Shown here one piece after another: positions 28,201-34,685 of a DNA stretch of 40,238 nucleotides (its first letter is position 1; each line of letters begins with the position of its first letter). Where the stretch lies: UHGV virus genome UHGV-0383559; one strand, written 5' to 3'. This DNA comes from a virus. The translations under genes and the position numbers were made by a program. The notes under the pieces were generated by a model. The model did no database searches and was not told the origin of the DNA. It saw only the letters and a list, made by a program, of their open reading frames with translations.

Positions 28201-28908
28201 GATTCAGAATACAGGAAATATCTGAAAGATAATGTCCCTGAAATAGAGGAGGCGGCACAGGCCAGAATCGACGGGAAGCCGGAGGAATACAAGCGCCTGT
28301 ATGATGAAATTGTTGTGGCAGGTTACGATCCAACATATGTTAAAAAGGCAATCGATACCGCTATGAACAAGCTGAAATCGGATATTGAAGAGGCGGCGCA
28401 GGCCAGAATCGACGGGAAGGAGAAAAAATACAAACGACTGTATGGTGATCTTATTGAAGATGGTTACGATCCCACATACGTTAAAAAGGCAATCGACACC
28501 GCCACAAATAAGCCGAGATCAGGCACAGAAGAGAGCGAGGAGAAAATAGAAGAGACGAAGGAAGAGGAACCCAAGGCAGAAAGCATATATTCAACTTATG
28601 ACCTGCTGGCAGGGGTCGAACAGGTGTCGAACACGACGCAGAGCCTAAAGGCATTCAGCGTGGTGGCAGAGGATATGTATCAGGCAAAACTCAGCAACGG
28701 GAAAAAGAAGAGCGAAGCCATCGGAGAGATCAAGTCCCTGATCACCAAAGCGTATAAGAAGCAGTGGATTGAGGCATACCAGCGAAAAGACAAGGCCACG
28801 TACCAGGCGATCCAAAACAAGCTGAAATATCTCAAGATCGGAGGCGCAACAATATACGGAAGTAGCGATTGGGAAAGCTGGCTAAAAGAGGCCAAGAAAA
28901 ATAAGTAG
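19273..28908 (+). CDS. Giant 3211-aa virion protein with zincin HExxH metallopeptidase motif; polyvalent-protein-like
   Basis: One uninterrupted ORF. AHELTHY (HExxH) lies at nt ~21893-21913. There is a Gly-rich N-terminal region, long alpha-helical/coiled segments, an AT-rich internal module (~22330-22990) and a C-terminal tandem repeat. Position is at the end of the late region. Confidence 0.85.
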   Translation: MALSENEKRRFENRYRGIVDQKSDPFDALPDSVKARLYKRKSTLEKNAGDVPASKRKHIYSEFGTGVETEFRNNLPGLAQEYARKRAERERTLPLIGAGVYEAMTGNNMPSLALEYAQERAAQGYKRPSLKDTDFRNKVLENAFTGLQLSQMAMKGSPSAKDTAAEYMATKDSQSKRKPYTLRNTPYDQDLAVYTPPEVEEKRRREKFENVGFYDQNDEFVRYDGLERQSDFPEMVKSGKEKDNVFNANYGLIDYLNKDKRDVMKAANTNFTYMTDTEKDLYYYLNAKYGAKAASNYVESINKELNRRSAEYATAQAQKLGKEHPILGTVADTAFATVGSGAYPWIVAKTVAGKKEIDPNDPAFGADILNSGIRSGMSENETLKTLIPNEGARNFAIGTGLSMAENIGRLPMGYLGLGVAAGGAGLSATREATERGGTANQAIAYGAANAAAEAFFEKFSLENLKSLKAAPGKGVRIFLRNIGKQALTEGSEEVFTEIANTVSDQVIMRELSNYNLELEYYKSQGMSEEEAKQKAFGTFLSNVALAGAGGAVSGGLMGGGGQLLGNYELSQYGKSIDHDYRDVAAGIDIRPESYATAEDQQQAVNLQNLAQEYAARQANKETISNREKAEFELQLESFNYGAQARKKALDSILAEDQEPPAQQNHEPGGEQPDASVQRPTTSQNSPEAAQMRETAPTAQKSDSVAYNAPESNVSALEEWAKPFGTEGQDTFKALYDGETDMGAYYRAFGRAYNIGRYNMQPTPQHRAEAAVILGVDGFSEAFKAGAHDRPEIGYDRKTGSLNGMVMGSPKEGGLGTVAPSATEAQKKAATHIGKLTGLQIDLVDGLNNQNAAASYSKGKITLSVNSSDFMGSAAHELTHYIKDYAPDAYQVYSDHAVRAITEAQGVDLETMINDYISTYEQQTGQQLSREEAVDEIVADATQKFLNDPDFISRAIKEDSTIGQRIIDFLTDVIDAIKELVKVGSTRRAAKALEENLQYFERCRQEWMIGLEEAGERYKAGWETDTDTKYQLNQFGLEEYTEREKQNLANEINIICNSKADIKRFVDNINPAKLQRLFLGNIGPELGQIIKNKTGIDITGYSLVIRSDNVTKIFKDHGSDKEYKRGQIPVTVDDIAAIPQIISEADKIERTTDTDMGKPAIRFEKNFRGKDVVIEYVSDKRRMLYTQTMWINKKNPPTTEDVQAPSLTPKAVSGTDSNNSIAREKSEGKVRFQLKEPVEETKDLIAVHNLSEEKLLGDIRLGGLPMPSIAITKADIGHSNFGDISLIFRKDTIDPKNRKNKVYGADAWTPTFPRIEYEADPKVSRDIENRVTQLSGALPDEYANRARSFVAALGNNLNNYGGQAGIVEQAFGNYGMKAVYLASKGEPVEVKTLKTEEAIPQNKQTIYKAILDELGEDIEQAHGKGSEVYGKYGDRAREAYRRGLMSIGADEDMAWDMAGRMNKFQIVQEMRNALKYRETGDTIITEAPDYAGTEKSIDDRIDQGEYRKWLNDLFQGVEKRQGIYNGKEYITPSGNRRSFSQLHLDVTVENIVKAMLAQTDDVRNVAGWNGIKSIRAIVTDDFKSIDQIKKKSNRLRDVNTETYNKQLEEMENRLYAVIGQIVDAKGGSGNHLIDIDMVGKSILEACKNPTAQNILKTLRNYHWPITNAQAQEIANIANEVYNMPVNMFEAKPQRVVNFDEIAAAVIPLTASEDLKLELEAVGINAVQYDPNLPDARREAVNTLKDVRFQLEDVDNVDARALQQENKTLREANELLRRELELTGKTEPRLSDVKKVATELLRQHNSDYRHETLTRNLIGLYEYLRSADQVDMAQAAELAAGIAKGVLKKAKSTSEYAQQYEDLRQQIRDTKIQITDQDKADLMRMGGYNNFRKQYFGKMKLGNDGISIDAFYQELADQHPELFDANVTHPADQLMAVATAIDTMTAQVANPYGADMDEMSYIVGQEILQAYSRVREVPATFADKKAAEIQQVRRDYNKKMSEYKNDLKKKYDQALKQVWRENSAKIDELAKEYRELKDARMVDRAEYRTKMDRLRNDKNLALAAMQQRHREQLQQRRDSLRAREAKKRIIKDTREMHRWLTEPNDKKHVPESLRTPVAQFLLSIDFSSDWTDQNGGPAQRTIIWKDMSKQLNSIVEAGGIVEEQGEQRILNVDPSLPGKINELADKVKLLPRLEELDANQLERLQESVTAMKKLIQDANQMISNANYRNVETAATSFLSDVSKKKDAVEFSENSYVGKGKNLFQNDLLDSNSAFYRMGPVMRSIYQEIRDAEDRHTANLVTMERYFHDTCQELGITKEELREWTGPKAKQMTFIVDGKAVKMTAAQLMTLYESDKRGQAKKHIYSKGGGIIPSELIRQKENDNGKAKTSVLGRMNPKPKPVHVTEQDVQRITSVLTPKQIAFADKLQYFLGHVTSEWGNETSMKMYGYKKFTASNYFPIEVYQNAIHKDTVDVGMNALASIKNIGAAKATSEKAGNALVLNDIMDVYIKHSNQMSIYNAMLAPLSDFQKVYNYKSGEAGNVKEEIERAWGKGGAKYLDTLIKDINGRVDNPDPGMYGKLMQNMKAAAVAGNLRVAIQQPTAMVRAAAELSLMDLGKGAITKSPTLSRKEQWDVMCKYAPITQWKDWGFFKMDTSKTMRDVLMGTESPKQAFVDKFMWAAAKGDELAWRHMWNACEYEVMRSNPELEPGSDAYYRKVGSRFSTVIDKTQVVDSVLHRTQIMRNSDGLVKMSVAFMNEPLKSYNMLYRAFVDARESGNYKAVRTAAVIYAANAITTALAASLVDMWRDDDKDKKLWEKYLNALMGNAIDGLNPLNMIPLVKDIWSIFQGYSTKRTDLSGIEDIQKVTGKWLQYFQGDSKYTIPYLIMETMDSTSIITGVPVRNLNRDIIKPLIRSLYSVWDGDEYRALKLKYDIGSEKNLGYYADMMVDAMIEGDQTRMEQIKADMLEAGLENEDISSRYDSEYRKYLKDNVPEIEEAAQARIDGKPEEYKRLYDEIVVAGYDPTYVKKAIDTAMNKLKSDIEEAAQARIDGKEKKYKRLYGDLIEDGYDPTYVKKAIDTATNKPRSGTEESEEKIEETKEEEPKAESIYSTYDLLAGVEQVSNTTQSLKAFSVVAEDMYQAKLSNGKKKSEAIGEIKSLITKAYKKQWIEAYQRKDKATYQAIQNKLKYLKIGGATIYGSSDWESWLKEAKKNK
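28243..28524 (+). repeat. Tandem internal duplication (~141 nt / 47 aa, 2 copies) near the C-terminus of the giant protein
   Basis: IEEAAQARIDGKPEEYKRLYDEIVVAGYDPTYVKKAIDTAMNK is followed by IEEAAQARIDGKEKKYKRLYGDLIEDGYDPTYVKKAIDTATNK. Confidence 0.85.
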
Positions 28909-28914
28909 AATTAA

Positions 28915-28945
28915 GGGGGCGGGAGTTTTCCGCCTCCTTATATAG
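28915..28945 (+). terminator. Putative terminator of the late region
   Basis: GC-rich stem GGGGGCGG...CCGCCTCC (8 bp, one G-U pair) followed by a T/A-rich tract TTATATAGTTATATT. Weaker than the other two terminators. Confidence 0.45.
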
Positions 28946-28965
28946 TTATATTGAAAAAATAATTA

Positions 28966-29011
28966 CCATAAGCCTATATGCGCATATACATTTGCGCATA
29001 TAGGCTTATGG
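28966..29011. promoter_or_regulatory. Perfect 19-bp inverted repeat with 8-nt spacer (CCATAAGCCTATATGCGCA-tatacatt-TGCGCATATAGGCTTATGG); candidate attP core
   Basis: Seen directly in the sequence. It lies in the short intergenic gap immediately 3' of the large serine integrase gene and after the last late gene. Confidence 0.5.
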
Positions 29012-30598
29012 TTATGGACGCAAAGGAATCTTCGGGTATACCGTCAGTTCGAAGTTTATATTATGCAAGTCTCCCTTCTTATTACGTTCGTTCTTTACAT
29101 ACGAAATTCGATCAATGACATTTTTCAGTAGCGCGTTTTTGGTTTGTGCATCTTCTATACTGTCATACACATCAATAATGTGGCGCACAGCAGGCAAGAA
29201 TTTAGTTCGTGCTTGTTCCTGCAATAATTCTCGTTCGTACTGTTCTTGAAGCTCCCGGAGGCTTTCGGTCGCCTCTGTGATCTGATCTGACAGACTTCTG
29301 TTTCGTTCCAAAAACACTTCCGATGTATATATCCCCTGCTCCAAAAGATCATATGTAGACAATAATTGCTTTTTGAGTGTTTCGATCCTGGCCTCGGTAT
29401 TTTTGATGGCAGACACGCGAAGGGAAAGCGCTGATACAAGAGGAGATTCCTTTTGACGGAATGGAAGCTCGTAGCGATCAACCCAATCCTGCAATGCGAC
29501 GAGGAGTTGTTCCTCAATCAAAAAGATGGGGGAAGATATATTATCACAATAACGATTAGGACACTTCATAACGGGATAGTTTACCTTCGTGTTGCTGGCG
29601 GCTCGTGTCATAAGCGAACCACATTTCCCGCAGTAGACAAGGCCAGTAAAAGGATTCTGCAACACTTGGTTAGAAGATACCGATATATTCCTCTTTTCAC
29701 GGATAATAGACTGAGCCAACTCAAAGGTATCGTTATCAATGATTGGTTCGTGTAATGCTTTGATTTTCATACAGTTATCATAGTCCTTTGGCCTCTTTTC
29801 AACCAATTCACCATTGACGATCTTCTTCTCAACTTTCCTCCACCTCCAGCGCACCTTGCCAGTGTAGGTAGGATTGGTTAGGATATCTTTTATGGTTGAT
29901 CTGGACCACATGTTACTATTGCGTGGCTGAATATGTAAGCTGTCCAATCTCTTGCTGATCAGATACATTCCCAGGCGCTTAAACTCCCCATTTTCTTGCA
30001 ACTCGCCTCTGGTATACAGATCGTAGATTAAGCGGACAACATCGGCCTCGCTTGGTATGATCTTTAGTGTGTAGCCCTTATCGTTTTTGATCCGCACGCG
30101 CTCATATCCATAGGGAGCTGCACTTGCGATATACTTTCCTTCCTCGACGGAGGCAATGCGTCCACGCTGTATACGACGATTTATGGTTTTGTACTCGCGC
30201 CTGGACATAAAAAGCCCAAACTCGAAATACTCTTCGTCAAATTCATTCGATGGATCGTATATTTTAACCGGGGTAATAATTTTCGTATTGCTGAACTTAA
30301 ATGCCTCGGCGACGGTTCCCTGATCCTTGGTGTCGCCTCGGGCAAGTCGTTCAACTTCCATGACAAGGACGCCTTCCCATAGCCCTTCTTCAACTTCGCG
30401 AATAACCTGTTGCATCTTGGGCCTGGCAGCGATTGTCTCACCGGATACAATTTCCTTGTATATTCCAGTGACATTCAGGTTCATTTTTTTAGCAAGTTCT
30501 ATTAATGTTTTTTCGTGTCGGGCAAGAGTTTCTCCTTCGCCGCGTGCTTCGGCTTCCATATCGGCGCGGCTCTTGCGCAGATAAATCAAGTATGGCAT
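29012..30598 (-). CDS. int: Large serine recombinase (phage integrase)
   Basis: An N-terminal resolvase-type catalytic domain (YLRKSR...), a central recombinase domain, a zinc-ribbon (CGKCGSLM...KCPNRYC) and a C-terminal coiled coil, in 528 aa. Confidence 0.95.
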   Translation of the reverse strand: MPYLIYLRKSRADMEAEARGEGETLARHEKTLIELAKKMNLNVTGIYKEIVSGETIAARPKMQQVIREVEEGLWEGVLVMEVERLARGDTKDQGTVAEAFKFSNTKIITPVKIYDPSNEFDEEYFEFGLFMSRREYKTINRRIQRGRIASVEEGKYIASAAPYGYERVRIKNDKGYTLKIIPSEADVVRLIYDLYTRGELQENGEFKRLGMYLISKRLDSLHIQPRNSNMWSRSTIKDILTNPTYTGKVRWRWRKVEKKIVNGELVEKRPKDYDNCMKIKALHEPIIDNDTFELAQSIIREKRNISVSSNQVLQNPFTGLVYCGKCGSLMTRAASNTKVNYPVMKCPNRYCDNISSPIFLIEEQLLVALQDWVDRYELPFRQKESPLVSALSLRVSAIKNTEARIETLKKQLLSTYDLLEQGIYTSEVFLERNRSLSDQITEATESLRELQEQYERELLQEQARTKFLPAVRHIIDVYDSIEDAQTKNALLKNVIDRISYVKNERNKKGDLHNINFELTVYPKIPLRP

Positions 30599-30625
30599 AT
30601 TATCACCCCATTTCGTATATACTCG

Positions 30626-31498
30626 TTAAAAATCTGCTGCATCAATTTCTTCGATACCAACATGGACATTTGTGTCCTGATATAGAATAAGTGATTCACC
30701 TCGAGCCACATCGCCATCATGATAAAAGCTAAATATACTGTTACCCTTATAATATCGCGTTTCTGAGCCAAATAGGTGATCTTTACCGTACCATTTTGAC
30801 CCGACGGCATAAGTAAGATCATAATCACCGCATAGCAGATTAACTCTTATATTAGCTTCACCACTATGGGCAAATATAATATAGGTTTGATCGGTAGATG
30901 GACAGTGGAATTTCAAATAGTACATAGTTCCTTCTTGCTTAGGAATATTAATTTCAAGAGGAGCATATTTAAAATGACCACGGAAACCATCGACATTAAT
31001 ATTATATAAGTCATTGTGGGATATATATTTTCCGCCTTCCAAGAAACTTCCATGAGAAGGGGGTTCCTTTTCGATTAAAACCTCGTCGGAGACGGTGGAT
31101 ATAACTGTTTGAGGTTCAGCTTCGACTGGATCAGTTAAAGCGCTCAACCGCATAGACCGTAATCCTAAATTACACAAATAGACAAGGGCAATTACAAGGA
31201 AGAAAATCATTGCGTAGTGAAGGGGATGCCTAGGTTTTCTTTCAGAAGCCGAGGCTGAGAAATAAGTATAAGGAGAAGAGCATTGATTACATAATTGCTG
31301 ATCATACAGTTTCCTTTTTGAAGAATCTGAAAGTACCTCAAATGCTGAATTTAATTGTATAACCATTTCACTACATTCTTTAGAAAATGCAGGGTTATTA
31401 TCTGGATGATACTTCTTTATCAGAGTAGTATAGGCGGATTCTATTATTTCAGGAGAGGCTTTTTGAGATACCTCTAATATATCATAGTATGTTTTCAT
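30626..31498 (-). CDS. J-domain (DnaJ-like, HPD motif) membrane protein with extracytoplasmic C-terminal domain
   Basis: N-terminus YYDILEVSQKASPEIIESAYTTLIKKYHPDNNP. One hydrophobic transmembrane segment (MIFFLVIALVYL), then a ~170-aa Tyr/Gly-rich C-terminal domain. ATG at 31498 follows AGGAGA; ORF-track 31519 is a TTG extension. Confidence 0.75.
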   Translation of the reverse strand: MKTYYDILEVSQKASPEIIESAYTTLIKKYHPDNNPAFSKECSEMVIQLNSAFEVLSDSSKRKLYDQQLCNQCSSPYTYFSASASERKPRHPLHYAMIFFLVIALVYLCNLGLRSMRLSALTDPVEAEPQTVISTVSDEVLIEKEPPSHGSFLEGGKYISHNDLYNINVDGFRGHFKYAPLEINIPKQEGTMYYLKFHCPSTDQTYIIFAHSGEANIRVNLLCGDYDLTYAVGSKWYGKDHLFGSETRYYKGNSIFSFYHDGDVARGESLILYQDTNVHVGIEEIDAADF

Positions 31499-31547
31499 AC
31501 AACCATATCTCCTTGGCAAAATACCAGTACCATATTTTGATAAAAGC

Positions 31548-31937
31548 TTAATTTTTTAATTGATTAATAATCTCTTTTCTCTTTTCTTGCTGTGCAGCAG
31601 TCAATCCGATGTATTCAGAAATATCCTCAAGTAAATCTTCAATGTTATCAACTTTGAGGCCTATATCATATGTGCTATCCTGCAAATTGCCAATTTGCTT
31701 GCGAATGACAGCAACATCTTCTTTAGTGGCATAATTATCGGAAGTAGAATTTGTGGAAACAGTTGTTGCATTATCCGATGAGAGAATCGAAATTTGCTGT
31801 TGAAGGTCATTTACTTGTTGGGACAAATGAAAGTTTGAGACGATCAAAAAGGCAACTCCGCATATTAATAGCAGAATTAAAAAGTATGAAAATATTGGTT
31901 TATTACGTTCAATTTCATCATAACTATCTTTTCTCAT
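31548..31937 (-). CDS. Small membrane-anchored coiled-coil protein (129 aa)
   Basis: An N-terminal transmembrane segment (IFSYFLILLLICGVAFLIV) followed by a coiled coil. It sits between the J-domain gene and the repressor. Confidence 0.55.
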   Translation of the reverse strand: MRKDSYDEIERNKPIFSYFLILLLICGVAFLIVSNFHLSQQVNDLQQQISILSSDNATTVSTNSTSDNYATKEDVAVIRKQIGNLQDSTYDIGLKVDNIEDLLEDISEYIGLTAAQQEKRKEIINQLKN

Positions 31938-32188
31938 AGCGATACAGCCTCCAATTAATGGATTTATTTACCAGTATTTCCTTTATTTTACATATTGTAT
32001 AATAGTTTTGCACCCAGCCTCACCAATAGAAAGAGGTTGATCATTATGTCAAAGAAATACATATGTTACAGCAGGCACGAGATATACGCGATATACTATC
32101 GGGAGACTCGAATCATCTACTATAATATTGACTTCTGTGGCACGACTAAAATCATACTACTATTCTAATGACGGACCGGCTGGGTGTT

Positions 32189-32644
32189 TTATCCTGCCGT
32201 TTCAGTGCGAACATCCACCGGCGGGAACTGGCGCTCTAACTCTTCGGATGTATTTGGTACACCGTCAAAAATAGATTTCCTGGTTGGTATGCCGAAATTA
32301 TCAAGGAAGCGATCCAGGAATTGCGTTCTAAGCTGTGGATCGATTTCAAAATAAGCCTTTAAAATTCCAAGCTCCCGATCAGACATTCCGTGATCCTTTG
32401 CGAACTTATCCAAGCTGAACACATTGGGAGCGCTATACATTTTGCCGGTTCCGCCTCTTAACCATTCTTCGTTGACGGAAAATTGACGGCATATACTTTT
32501 GACAGTGAGGTCAGATACATTGCGGCCAGACTGTTCCATGTAGCTTACACCGGATTGGGTGATACCCAAAATATCAGCAAATTCTTTTTGATTTAGTTTC
32601 GCTTCTGCTCTAATCTGTTTTATTCTGCTGTTTATTGTATTCAT
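32189..32644 (-). CDS. XRE-family HTH transcriptional repressor (CI-like)
   Basis: N-terminal helix-turn-helix QKEFADILGITQSGVSYMEQ. It is transcribed divergently from the early operon, in the classical repressor position. Confidence 0.85.
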   Translation of the reverse strand: MNTINSRIKQIRAEAKLNQKEFADILGITQSGVSYMEQSGRNVSDLTVKSICRQFSVNEEWLRGGTGKMYSAPNVFSLDKFAKDHGMSDRELGILKAYFEIDPQLRTQFLDRFLDNFGIPTRKSIFDGVPNTSEELERQFPPVDVRTETAG

Positions 32645-32711
32645 AATTCACCTCACATTCTTTTATAATCCAATGATACAAGCCAGTCATAAAAAAGTCA
32701 ATAGAAAAGAA

Positions 32712-32740
32712 GATTTATTATTGACAAATATGAATAACTT
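32712..32740 (+). promoter_or_regulatory. Consensus sigma-A early promoter (TTGACA-17-TATAAT) in the repressor/early divergent region
   Basis: TTGACA at 32712-32717, a 17-nt spacer and TATAAT at 32735-32740. It lies about 60 nt upstream of the first early gene. Confidence 0.7.
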
Positions 32741-32800
32741 GTATATAATTGCATTATAAAACAAGTGAATCATATTTTTCGGAGGAGAGGAGGAAACCAA

Positions 32801-32983
32801 ATGTCATGTAGAAGCGATACAGAAACCTTTTTGAACATGGAATTGCTGCCAGAAGCAGAGGAGATGGCAAAACTTTTAAAAGAAATACCGGTAGAAGCAC
32901 AAAAGGCAATGTTTAACCAGATGATCGGAATGAAGATCATGGAGCAGATATATGATCCTGGTGGTGATAAGCGATCAGCATAG
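32801..32983 (+). CDS. Hypothetical first early gene product (60 aa; Cro position)
   Basis: ATG at 32801 follows GGAGGAGAGGAGGAAACCAA. This is the in-frame inner start of ORF-track 32765..32983. Confidence 0.45.
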   Translation: MSCRSDTETFLNMELLPEAEEMAKLLKEIPVEAQKAMFNQMIGMKIMEQIYDPGGDKRSA

Positions 32984-32993
32984 GAGGGAGGAA

Positions 32994-33572
32994 ATGTTTT
33001 TAAGAAAGGAAAAAGAAAAGCCTGAGCAGATACAGGTTGTAATTAAAGAAGGGAACCGTTCTGACATCTTATGTATGGGAATCCCCGAAGGAATAGCCTT
33101 TGTTTCCCGCCTATTACAGTTGGGAGCATTTAAGGTAGAGGTTACGCGCTCCCCGAAGTTTACGGGGAATCTGGATGAACTACTAAAAGAATTGACATCT
33201 GGAAACATTGAACACAATTCCGAACGGGCTACCAAAGAACTTGTAAAAAATGGGCAGAGGCCTAATGAACGGTATAATTTTTACAATATGGTATCAGAGC
33301 AGTATGGAGAGCTGAGAAGAATAGACGCTATCGGGATTGTGGATTCCTTGAATAAGCAACATATTTTTGAATCCATTATTAAAAATAGTGAGGATAAAAC
33401 TTGGGAAGCTTCTCTTTATATAGCGGCAATGCTGAGAATCATGGGTGAAGTTATCAGAAATATCGATTATGATACCTTAACGCCAGATGAAAGACGTATG
33501 CTGGGCGGGAATTTCATAAAAGACCTGGAAGGGCTGAAACGATATCTGGGAATAACAGCAGAGGCCCCATAG
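32994..33572 (+). CDS. Hypothetical early protein (192 aa)
   Basis: ATG at 32994 follows GGAGGGAGG. A GGCCCC-ataga-GGGGCC hairpin overlaps its stop. Confidence 0.55.
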   Translation: MFLRKEKEKPEQIQVVIKEGNRSDILCMGIPEGIAFVSRLLQLGAFKVEVTRSPKFTGNLDELLKELTSGNIEHNSERATKELVKNGQRPNERYNFYNMVSEQYGELRRIDAIGIVDSLNKQHIFESIIKNSEDKTWEASLYIAAMLRIMGEVIRNIDYDTLTPDERRMLGGNFIKDLEGLKRYLGITAEAP

Positions 33573-33601
33573 AGGGGCCGGGATTTTACAACTATCATAA
33601 G

Positions 33602-33883
33602 ATGAGGCCAGCAAGCGCGATAAGAGAAGTAACAACCAAAGCGATCAGCATAGGAGGTGGAAAATTGGAAAGACCAGATGGAACGAGAGGAGCCAGGGTT
33701 ATTCAGGTAATTGAAACAACGGCATTGAAAGGGCTTGGAACAGAAAAAGACCCAGCACGGGAGGTAACCCAATACTGGAGTCTGGATGGAAAATGTTTAG
33801 CGACATTTGATCCGCATCTTGCGTACCACAATATTGAATTTGAATGCAAAAATGTAAAGGAGTCGCTTATTTTGCCTGCATAG
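33602..33883 (+). CDS. Hypothetical protein (93 aa), weak gene call
   Basis: ORF-track entry. No SD precedes the ATG. Confidence 0.3.
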   Translation: MRPASAIREVTTKAISIGGGKLERPDGTRGARVIQVIETTALKGLGTEKDPAREVTQYWSLDGKCLATFDPHLAYHNIEFECKNVKESLILPA

Positions 33884-34562
33884 ATTTCGCGTCTTCAACG
33901 ACTAATTTCAATGAAATCAAATGAACGGAAGCAGTAATAAAAGTTTTCATATCATTAGTATCGCGATCAATATGTTTTCGCACATAATGTGCTTCGTCAT
34001 TACCAAGCCAAGTAGCCTTTTCAACAAGCGATTTAATACCATCATCATCGATATATTTGCGGATACATGAACTAAGAGGCATTGATTTTATTGTTTCTGT
34101 ATCATCAGGATTAAAGCAAACAGAGAAATCCTTAACAAGGAACTCAAGCGCTTTTCGGTAACCAAGACCCGCTATTTCGTTTAGCCCATAGGACTCTGCG
34201 GCGAGGGCCTGATTATATATTTCAACAAACTGTGGTGAGAGCTTTTCAATGTTGCTATTAAAAGCTTGCTTCACGGGAACAAGAGGCTCAACTGCTTTAA
34301 TAGCGGCGTCTGAATATTTTCCCGAATTACAGTTCGCAAAATATGTACCAATAAAAGAATGTTCGCAATGAGGGCAAAACAAATAGAACTCAATTCTTGC
34401 CACTTTTTCATATTTGTATTGAAAACGCTTAAAAGCGCCCCCTCTATAAACCGGAGCAATAGCTGCGTTACATCTTGGACATTGCATTATTTGTTCAACT
34501 TGAAAAACGGCATCTGGATACATAGCGGGTTCTAAGGAATTAGCAGGGTAATTAACAATCAT
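33867..34562 (-). CDS. Zn-ribbon plus DUF4145-like C-terminal domain protein; antisense moron gene in the early region
   Basis: CPRCN...CPHCEH four-Cys cluster. The C-terminal WLGNDEAHYVRK motif resembles DUF4145 (R/GN-xx-AH). ATG at 34562 follows GAGGTGG. The region is AT-rich compared with flanking + strand genes. Confidence 0.6.
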   Translation of the reverse strand: MIVNYPANSLEPAMYPDAVFQVEQIMQCPRCNAAIAPVYRGGAFKRFQYKYEKVARIEFYLFCPHCEHSFIGTYFANCNSGKYSDAAIKAVEPLVPVKQAFNSNIEKLSPQFVEIYNQALAAESYGLNEIAGLGYRKALEFLVKDFSVCFNPDDTETIKSMPLSSCIRKYIDDDGIKSLVEKATWLGNDEAHYVRKHIDRDTNDMKTFITASVHLISLKLVVEDAKSMQAK

Positions 34563-34685
34563 ATTTGCCACCTCATAATGTACTCGGCCTGGCGGGGCCT
34601 GTAAGTACATTATAAACGGGAGGGGAAGAAAAGGCAACATGATGGACAATCAGTACCACATAAGATAGACAAGGAGGTGGTCTGT

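Noticed and set aside
19273-28908. Giant protein as tape-measure protein or N4-like virion RNA polymerase
   Set aside because: There is no tail tube, tail assembly chaperone or frameshift pair upstream, and no tape-measure-style periodic repeats. No DxDGD or other polymerase catalytic motifs were found. The HExxH motif and modular composition favour a polyvalent/ejection protein.
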